Origin: Coriobacteriaceae bacterium
GTDB lineage: Bacteria; Actinomycetota; Coriobacteriia; Coriobacteriales; Eggerthellaceae
Length of the DNA: 32,000 nucleotides
Reading direction: 5' to 3'
Assembly (NCBI GenBank): GCA_015062685.1
Contig: SUUE01000002.1
Coordinates: 129,692-161,691 of the forward strand
A program made the translations under genes and the position numbers. This document shows, piece after piece, positions 17,697 through 23,555 of this stretch (the first letter of the stretch is position 1; the number at the start of each line of letters is the position of its first letter). The notes under the pieces were generated by a model. It had not been told where the DNA came from. It made no database searches and saw nothing but the letters and a program-made list of their open reading frames with translations.

Positions 17697-17705
17697 ATTC
17701 TAGCA
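17697..17705 (-). promoter_or_regulatory. candidate extended -10 promoter (TGCTAGAAT) for ilvBN
   Basis: The minus strand reads gTGcTAGAATtgtgac, about 45 nt upstream of the ilvB ATG at 17651. It is the mirror image of the engB element at 17719-17727. Confidence 0.4.
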
Positions 17706-17718
17706 CCACATGAATCGA

Positions 17719-17727
17719 TGCTAGAAT
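17719..17727 (+). promoter_or_regulatory. candidate extended -10 promoter (TGCTAGAAT) for engB
   Basis: The plus strand reads aTGcTAGAATggg, about 60 nt upstream of the engB ATG at 17789. Confidence 0.4.
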
Positions 17728-17788
17728 GGGAGGTCAACCGCACCATTTCTATTGCAACCGCAGGCGCGTTTGCCGGAACGGAGAAACC

Positions 17789-18376
17789 ATGGGCATCAAC
17801 TTCAGGGGGGCGACGTACGAGCGCTCGTACGGGACGTCGGCGCAGCTGCCGGAATCGACTCTGCCGGAAATCGCCTTCGCGGGACGCTCCAACGTGGGCA
17901 AGTCCTCGCTGCTCAACAAGCTCTGCGACCACAAGGGCCTTGCAAAGGTGTCGCAGACCCCCGGCAAGACCGCCACGATCAACTTCTTCGCCACCGACAA
18001 GGCCTACCTCGTCGACCTGCCCGGTTACGGCTATGCGCGCGTCTCGCATTCGGAAAGGGACCGCTGGGCCGAGCTCATCGAGGGATACTTCAACCAGGAA
18101 CGCAACTTCTCGCTCGTGTGTTCCCTCATCGACATCCGCCACCCGGCGAGCGAGCTCGACGAGAACATGGTCCACTTCCTGCAAGAGGCCGAACTGCCCT
18201 ACCTCATCGTACTCACGAAGGGCGATAAACTGTCCAACGCGAAATGTAACCAGCAGCGCGCCGCGATCAAGCGGCAGCTGGGCGTGGCGGACGACGTGCC
18301 CATGATCATCACGTCAAGCCTGAAGGGCAACGGGATAGACAAGCTGCGACAAACGATTTCCGAGGCGATCCTCTAG
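17789..18376 (+). CDS. engB: ribosome biogenesis GTP-binding protein EngB/YsxC/YihA
   Basis: Track ORF 17726..18376 trimmed to the ATG at 17789 (MGINFRGATYERSY...PEIAFAGRSNVGKSSLLNKL), which has an ACGGAGA SD. G1 (GRSNVGKS), G3 (DLPGYGY) and G4 (TKGDK) motifs are present. Confidence 0.9.
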   Translation: MGINFRGATYERSYGTSAQLPESTLPEIAFAGRSNVGKSSLLNKLCDHKGLAKVSQTPGKTATINFFATDKAYLVDLPGYGYARVSHSERDRWAELIEGYFNQERNFSLVCSLIDIRHPASELDENMVHFLQEAELPYLIVLTKGDKLSNAKCNQQRAAIKRQLGVADDVPMIITSSLKGNGIDKLRQTISEAIL

Positions 18377-18394
18377 GGCGCGCCCCACGTCGCG

Positions 18395-18874
18395 TTAGCC
18401 TGCGAAGCCCGCATCCTCCACGAGCGCATCGCCGTCTGCGGCGGCGGTAGCCAGCGCGTCGCAGCGCTCGTTCTCATCGTGCCCGGCGTGCCCCTTCACC
18501 CAGTTGAACGACACCTCATGAGGCTCCACTGCGGTGATGAGACGCTTCCATAGGTCAACGTTCTTGACGGGCTGCTTCTGCGAGTTTTTCCACCCGCGGC
18601 GGACCCAGCCTGCAATCCAGTTGTCGGTGAACGCCTTGATCACATATTGGGAATCGGAATAGAACTCCACCGAGCACGGCCGCTTGAGCGCCTCGAACCC
18701 CACGATGGCGCCCATGAGCTCCATCCTGTTGTTGGTGGTCTCGCGGTAGCCTTGCGACAGCTCGCGCTCGTGAACGCCGCCCTTGGGGTCCGTGAACCTG
18801 AGCACCGTTCCATACCCGCCCGGCCCGGGATTCCCCCGGGACGAGCCATCAGAATATATCTCTACGTGTTGCAT
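18395..18874 (-). CDS. rnhA: ribonuclease HI
   Basis: This is the C-terminal 159 aa of track ORF 18395..19165. It starts at the ATG at 18874 ([22 protein letters not shown]). DEDD-type residues are present ([34 protein letters not shown]). The start is 2 nt after the stop of the upstream NlpC/P60 gene. Confidence 0.9.
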   Translation of the reverse strand: MQHVEIYSDGSSRGNPGPGGYGTVLRFTDPKGGVHERELSQGYRETTNNRMELMGAIVGFEALKRPCSVEFYSDSQYVIKAFTDNWIAGWVRRGWKNSQKQPVKNVDLWKRLITAVEPHEVSFNWVKGHAGHDENERCDALATAAADGDALVEDAGFAG

Positions 18875-18876
18875 GC

Positions 18877-19986
18877 TTAGCCGGGGTAGCGGACGATGAT
18901 CATGCCGGACTGGACCGGGCCGATGATGACGCCGATGCCGTAGTCGGCGGCGTGGATCATCTGGCCACCGCCGATGTAGATGCCGGTATGGGTCCAGTTG
19001 ACGCAGATGTCGCCGGGCTGCGGGTTGGAGACCTGCGGCCAATCCATGAACGTGTAGGTAGTGCCGAGACGGATGTGCGAGCCGCTCAGGCAGTAGCTCA
19101 CGAGACCGGAGCAGTCGTAGCCACCGGGGCCGACGCCACCCCAGACATAGGGGGCGCCCAGGCAAGCGTACGCACGGCTGACGGTGTCGGAGCCGCCTTC
19201 GTATGCGACGTCGTCGTAGACGACGGGCTCGGAATCGGAACCCGCATCGTAGTAGCCGCCGTCATCGCTCGCGGCAGCGGACTGCGCCACGATCGCCGCG
19301 GCGCGGGCAGCCTCGGCGGCCTCCTGCGCCTTGCGCTCCTCCTCGAGCAGCTGAGCCGCTTCGGCGCTCAGGCTGTCGTACGTGGCCTGCATCTGGGCTA
19401 CGGTGGCCTGCGCCTGCTCGGCAGCCTTCTCGGCCTCTGCGGACTTCTCAGCCGCGACCTTGGCCTGCTCGTCGTAGATGGCAGCCTGCTCTTCCACTTC
19501 GGCCTTGAGTTCGCGCTGCTTCTCGATGAGGTCGGCGTCGCTCTGGTTGAACTTGTTCACCGCGTCGAAGCTCGTGGCGAACTCCTCGAAGGAGTTTGCT
19601 CCCAGAAGGATCTCGAGGAACGACACGCCGCCCGAGCGGTACATCTCGCGGGCGCGGTCGCCCAGGCGCTTCTGGACGTCGTTGATCTCGTCGTTGAGCT
19701 CGGCGATGCGCTTCTCGGCCGCATCGCGGTTCTCCTCCGCCGTTTGTTGCGCGGCGAGCGCCTCGCCGTACTCGGCGGACAGGCGGTCGAGTGTCTCCTG
19801 CATGGCATTCAGGTCGGCGAGCGCCGCTTCGGCTTCGGCCTGCTTCTCGGCTGCCGTTTCAGCAAACGCCGTCTTCGGCGTGGCCACGAGAGAGGCCGCC
19901 GCGAATGCGATTAAGATGGCTGCGAAGACCGCACCGGTCTTCTTGAGAATAGACGTATACGTAATCGATGGCGTCGTATGCTGCAT
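18877..19986 (-). CDS. secreted peptidoglycan endopeptidase: signal peptide + long coiled-coil + C-terminal NlpC/P60 domain (CwlO/RipA-like architecture)
   Basis: 369 aa. It has a signal peptide ([26 protein letters not shown]), ~200 aa of heptad-like E/A/Q-rich sequence, and then NlpC/P60 motifs: catalytic Cys in YDCSGLVSY and His in [23 protein letters not shown] is present. Confidence 0.88.
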   Translation of the reverse strand: MQHTTPSITYTSILKKTGAVFAAILIAFAAASLVATPKTAFAETAAEKQAEAEAALADLNAMQETLDRLSAEYGEALAAQQTAEENRDAAEKRIAELNDEINDVQKRLGDRAREMYRSGGVSFLEILLGANSFEEFATSFDAVNKFNQSDADLIEKQRELKAEVEEQAAIYDEQAKVAAEKSAEAEKAAEQAQATVAQMQATYDSLSAEAAQLLEEERKAQEAAEAARAAAIVAQSAAASDDGGYYDAGSDSEPVVYDDVAYEGGSDTVSRAYACLGAPYVWGGVGPGGYDCSGLVSYCLSGSHIRLGTTYTFMDWPQVSNPQPGDICVNWTHTGIYIGGGQMIHAADYGIGVIIGPVQSGMIIVRYPG

Positions 19987-20235
19987 TGTTTAACCTCCGT
20001 TTGCATAGCGTTGCGCACGTTATGAAAGTACCATAGAAAGCCGCAACGAGGCTGAAAACGCCCGTCCCGAAACAAAATCAGGATGGTCATGTCACAATTC
20101 GACCGTCGAATATCCACAGTTCAAAACCAGGATTGTGACTCGTCTTGCAGGGCATACAAGATGATGCAGGTCGGCGCTTTGGGGATATCACACTTGATAC
20201 CGGGCCGAATTCGTGCACTCGAGCCCTGTTTGCAG

Positions 20236-20260
20236 TTGGGGCGCTCATCGAGCGCCCCAA
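20236..20260 (-). terminator. strong hairpin after the second NlpC/P60 gene (terminator-like, no U-tract)
   Basis: TTGGGGCGCTC-atc-GAGCGCCCCAA, an 11-bp perfect stem with a 3-nt loop, 32 nt downstream of the stop at 20292. Neither strand has a T-run, so function as an intrinsic terminator is uncertain. Confidence 0.45.
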
Positions 20261-20291
20261 CGTTCTCACTGGCTTGGATGCCGCTTCGGCA

Positions 20292-21359
20292 CTAGCCGTT
20301 GTAGCGCACGTAGATCATGCCCGACTGAACGTCGCCCTCGACGACGCCGATGCCGTAGTCGGCGGCATGGACCATCCTGCCGTTGCCGACGTAGATGCCG
20401 GTATGGCCTTCGTTCACGCAGATGTCACCGGGCTGCGGATCGCTCACCTGCTGATAGCCCATGAAGGTGGTGGTGTTGCCGATGCGCTCGAAGCTGCCCG
20501 TGACGGCGTAGCCGACGAGACCGGAGCAGTCGAAGGCTCCGTCATAGCCCGAGGAACCGTAGCGATACGCATGGCCGATCATCGAGTAAGCGCGGTCGAC
20601 GATCGCGTTGCCCGTCACGGCATTGTACTCGGCGGGAGAAGAGTAAACCTGGCCGGTCGCGATGTCGGTGACCGTGCCATCGTCGTTCTGCACGCCACCA
20701 GTGGCATATTGCGCCTGCATTGCTGCCTGCTCCTGCATGTAGAGTTCCATGGCCTCGGCGCTCAGGTTGTTGTAAGTGGCCTCCATCTGCTCGACGAGTG
20801 CCGTAGCCTCGTCGTAGGCAGCCTGGGCCTCATCCGATTTCTGCTGCGCGATCTTGGCCTGCTCGTCGAACTGCGCCTTCGCTTCGCTCTGCTCGTCGCG
20901 AAGGGCCTTAGCCTGCGCCGAGAGCTGCGCGTCGGAATCGTTCAAGCGGTTGAGCAGGTCCCAGTTCTGGGCGAGCTCGTCCCATGTGGCGGAGCCGAAG
21001 AGCAGGTCGATGAACGAGGTGTTGCCGCTGCGATACATCTCGCGCGCACGGCCGCCGAGCCTGTCCTGGATGTCTTCGATTTCAGCAGTGATCTCGTCGA
21101 TGCGAGCCTGGGCAGCATCGCGCTTCTCCACGGCCGCAGCATATTCGCCGAGAGCCTCGAAATACCTGTTGGATGCTTGGGTCAGGGTCTCCTGCATGGC
21201 GTTGAGCTCGTTGAGAGCCGCCTGGGCCTCCGCCTCTTTCTCGGCAGCGGTCACCGCATAAGCAGGGCTTGCGAAGAGGGAGCAGGAGAGCGCGAGCGCA
21301 AGAGCCGCAATGGCTATGGAGCCTATGCCCGCGAACCTAACGATCGATGAAGACTTCAT
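20292..21359 (-). CDS. secreted peptidoglycan endopeptidase, paralog of 18877..19986 (signal peptide + coiled-coil + NlpC/P60)
   Basis: This is the C-terminal 355 aa of track ORF 20292..22133. It starts at the ATG at 21359 (MKSSSIVRFAGIGSIAIAALALALSCSLFASPAYA-VT) with a GGAGGT SD. Its architecture is collinear with the downstream paralog ([18 protein letters not shown]; [11 protein letters not shown]; FDCSGLVGY; HTGIYVGNGRMVHA). Confidence 0.88.
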   Translation of the reverse strand: MKSSSIVRFAGIGSIAIAALALALSCSLFASPAYAVTAAEKEAEAQAALNELNAMQETLTQASNRYFEALGEYAAAVEKRDAAQARIDEITAEIEDIQDRLGGRAREMYRSGNTSFIDLLFGSATWDELAQNWDLLNRLNDSDAQLSAQAKALRDEQSEAKAQFDEQAKIAQQKSDEAQAAYDEATALVEQMEATYNNLSAEAMELYMQEQAAMQAQYATGGVQNDDGTVTDIATGQVYSSPAEYNAVTGNAIVDRAYSMIGHAYRYGSSGYDGAFDCSGLVGYAVTGSFERIGNTTTFMGYQQVSDPQPGDICVNEGHTGIYVGNGRMVHAADYGIGVVEGDVQSGMIYVRYNG

Positions 21360-21514
21360 GACGTGAGTACCTCCGTTTCTTAGGTCTTCGTCCTCGAAAA
21401 GGTTACCAAACAATTGTGGAGAAGAGGGCACAACGTTTGCTTTGCGCATTAAATCCATTGCCATATAAGCCCCTGACCTCCATGTATGAGGAATCTGAGG
21501 ATACTCGTGACACT

Positions 21515-23500
21515 CTAGAAGAAATCGTAACGCGGCGGCAGCTCCTCCACTACATGGGCGTCGGAACCGTCGAGCTCGCGAAGGCTCGCGAACTCGTGCT
21601 CCCAGGTGAAGAACTCCCCCTCGTCGAAGCGGAGCTTCGCGCAGATGTCCTCGCAACCCGCGGGAACGATCGGGTGCATGAGCAGCGCGCAAATCCACAG
21701 CAAGTAGGCCGCGTCCACGAGCACCTGCTCGCGCGCGGCGGGGTCGTTGGCTGCCTCTGCGGCGGATATGCCGTCCGCCCAATGCTTGTTGGCGTAGCGG
21801 ATGAACTCGTCCATGAGCGACATGATCGAGTGCAGTTCGGCCTTCTTCATGGTGCGGTCGTAATCGGAAAGCGCCTTCATCGCACGGTCTCGCACCTCGG
21901 CAACCGGGTCGCCAGCGGGAATCGCCCCGCCGAAATTGCGCTTCGCCTCGTAGAGGACGCTGCGCGCGAGCCTGTTGAAGACGTTGCTCAGGAGCTTCGA
22001 TTCCTTGAGGGCGGGGTCTGCGACGCGCGTGTCGTTGCGGACCGTCTCGTCGGGGTCGAACGCCTTGGGCTTGAACCCGACCGACTTCTGGCCGAGCCCG
22101 AGCGCCAGGAAGTGCGCGCGCAGCTGCTCGCACGTGTAGTGCTCGAGCAGCTCGTCTGCCGTCGGCGGTTTGACCGCGCTGGACGAAGACGCCTTCTTGT
22201 TGCCGAGGAGCACGTGGTAGTTCGCGATGAGCCTCGTCTGGCGCAGCGGATGGTCGGTTGCTTCGTGGGAGAAGATCTCACCCGGCTTCAGCGCCTCCCA
22301 CATGGCGGGCTGCGCGACGCCGTAGAAGTAGAGGTTGTCCTGGCCGATGAACTGGTACACCTCGGCATCGTCGCTGCACCAGAAATCGCGCCAGGCTTCT
22401 TCGGGGAGGCCCCGCTCGTCATTGGCCGCGATGGTGAACGATATGGGGGCCCAGAGGCTCTCGGGCCAGCACCAGACGGTCAAGCCCTCGACGCCGTCGA
22501 TCACCGGCGCCTTCACGCCCCACTCGATGTTTCCCGTGATGCGGAACGGCACGAGCGCCTTGCCCGTGCGGAAGCGCATGCCCGCGCGGCGAAGCACGTC
22601 GCGCGCCGCATCGCGCTCGCCGATGGTGGCGAACTCCACCTCGAAGCTCGCCTTCCCCTTTTCGGGCTCGCGCACCTCATGGGCCGGGAGCTTGCCTTCC
22701 ACGGCCTCGAACTGCTCGCGCTCGTCGTTCTTGACATAGATGATCGGCGCGCCCAGGAACTCCGCGCATGTCTGCGGGACGATCGCGCGGACATCCTCGT
22801 CCGCCTCGAGGCCCGCCACGTGCTCGCGCAGGAAATCGCGGAACGCGGGAAGGTCGAAGTACCAGTTGGCGACGGGACGCATCTCGGGCACGGTGTCCGT
22901 CACCGTTGAACGCGGGGCGATGAGCTCCTCGGGCGCGTAGCTATGGCCGAGGTCGCACTCGTCCGCATAGCCCTTCTCCGACTTGCAGCCCTGCACGGGG
23001 CAGCGGCCGACAACTTGGCGCCCGTTCAGGAAGACGCCCGCCTCGGCGTCGTAGAACTGCTGCGTCTCCTCCAAGTGAAGCCAACCGTTCTCATGGAAAC
23101 GGCGGATGATGTTCTCGGTGAGCTGCTGGTGGCGCTCCCCTGCGTTGCCGATTCCGGACCCTTGGTAAATGTCCAGGCTGATGCCGTACGAATCGAGCGT
23201 CGCCTTCTGCGCGTCGTGGTTGCGCTGCACGTACTCGGCAATGGTGCCGTCGAACTCGCCCGCCTCGACGAGCTTCCGGTAGCCTTCGTCGATGGGCGAG
23301 CCGAAGCAGTCTGTTCCGCTGACGAATCGCACGTTGTCGCCGCCGATACGGTCGCGGAGGAAGCGGGCGTAGCAATCGGCCGGGACGAACACGCCGGCAA
23401 TGTGTCCGAAGTGAAGCGGCTTGTTGCCGTAGGGCATGCCGGCGGTCACCACGGCGCGGTTCGGCCACGCCTGGCGTTCAAACGATTGAGAGAAGGTCAT
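21515..23500 (-). CDS. metG: methionine--tRNA ligase (divergent form)
   Basis: Track ORF 21515..23512. The ATG at 23500 is preferred because a GGAG lies 6 nt upstream, giving MTFSQSFERQAWPNRAVVTAGMPYGNKPLHFGHI. It has the HIGH motif as HFGH, a zinc-knuckle CP segment (CPVQGC....ADECDLGH), and an anticodon-binding helical C-terminus. See the findings for the KMSKS position. Confidence 0.88.
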   Translation of the reverse strand: MTFSQSFERQAWPNRAVVTAGMPYGNKPLHFGHIAGVFVPADCYARFLRDRIGGDNVRFVSGTDCFGSPIDEGYRKLVEAGEFDGTIAEYVQRNHDAQKATLDSYGISLDIYQGSGIGNAGERHQQLTENIIRRFHENGWLHLEETQQFYDAEAGVFLNGRQVVGRCPVQGCKSEKGYADECDLGHSYAPEELIAPRSTVTDTVPEMRPVANWYFDLPAFRDFLREHVAGLEADEDVRAIVPQTCAEFLGAPIIYVKNDEREQFEAVEGKLPAHEVREPEKGKASFEVEFATIGERDAARDVLRRAGMRFRTGKALVPFRITGNIEWGVKAPVIDGVEGLTVWCWPESLWAPISFTIAANDERGLPEEAWRDFWCSDDAEVYQFIGQDNLYFYGVAQPAMWEALKPGEIFSHEATDHPLRQTRLIANYHVLLGNKKASSSSAVKPPTADELLEHYTCEQLRAHFLALGLGQKSVGFKPKAFDPDETVRNDTRVADPALKESKLLSNVFNRLARSVLYEAKRNFGGAIPAGDPVAEVRDRAMKALSDYDRTMKKAELHSIMSLMDEFIRYANKHWADGISAAEAANDPAAREQVLVDAAYLLWICALLMHPIVPAGCEDICAKLRFDEGEFFTWEHEFASLRELDGSDAHVVEELPPRYDFF

Positions 23501-23555
23501 CTTGTACTCCATTTCGATAACCGGCCCACGGAAACCACCCGATGGCCGGCAAGCG

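Noticed and set aside
17691-17700. Identical 10-mer GTCACAATTC at 17691-17700 and 20091-20100, plus ATTGTGAC at 20132-20139 and CACAATTG at 21411-21420, considered as an MtrA-like GTCACA box regulon upstream of ilvB and the hydrolase genes
   Set aside because: A 10-mer match between two intergenic regions, and an 8-bp inverted repeat within ~50 bp, are both expected by chance at this sequence scale. In the ilvB case the motif is explained by the TAGAAT -10 element plus discriminator. It is kept only as a note in case motif searches across the genome revive it.
17652-17788. Leader-peptide attenuator upstream of ilvBN. Similarly a T-box upstream of metG (23501-23555) and SAM riboswitches upstream of metA, mtnA and cysK
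   Set aside because: The untranslated regions are too short (about 40-70 nt to the likely promoters). They contain no Ile/Val/Leu-rich mini-ORF, specifier/T-box sequence or SAM-binding core that I can recognise.
18875-19165. N-terminal extension of ORF 18395..19165 (256 aa) upstream of rnhA
   Set aside because: It overlaps the catalytic domain of the NlpC/P60 gene in another frame. RNase HI homology begins exactly at the ATG at 18874.
19987-20235. c-di-AMP (ydaO-type) riboswitch upstream of the NlpC/P60 gene
   Set aside because: I looked for it because this class often precedes actinobacterial cell-wall hydrolases. I could not find the conserved GGGGA.CCA / GGGGUGAAUC / CCGAA.CC..AGCUAACC blocks on the minus strand. 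A covariance-model search is still needed.
21360-22133. N-terminal extension of ORF 20292..22133 (613 aa) and the plus-strand ORF 21416..22909
   Set aside because: The extension is Arg-rich nonsense in an alternative reading frame overlapping metG on the same strand. The real NlpC/P60 protein begins at 21359 with an SD and a signal peptide. ORF 21416..22909 is antisense to metG.
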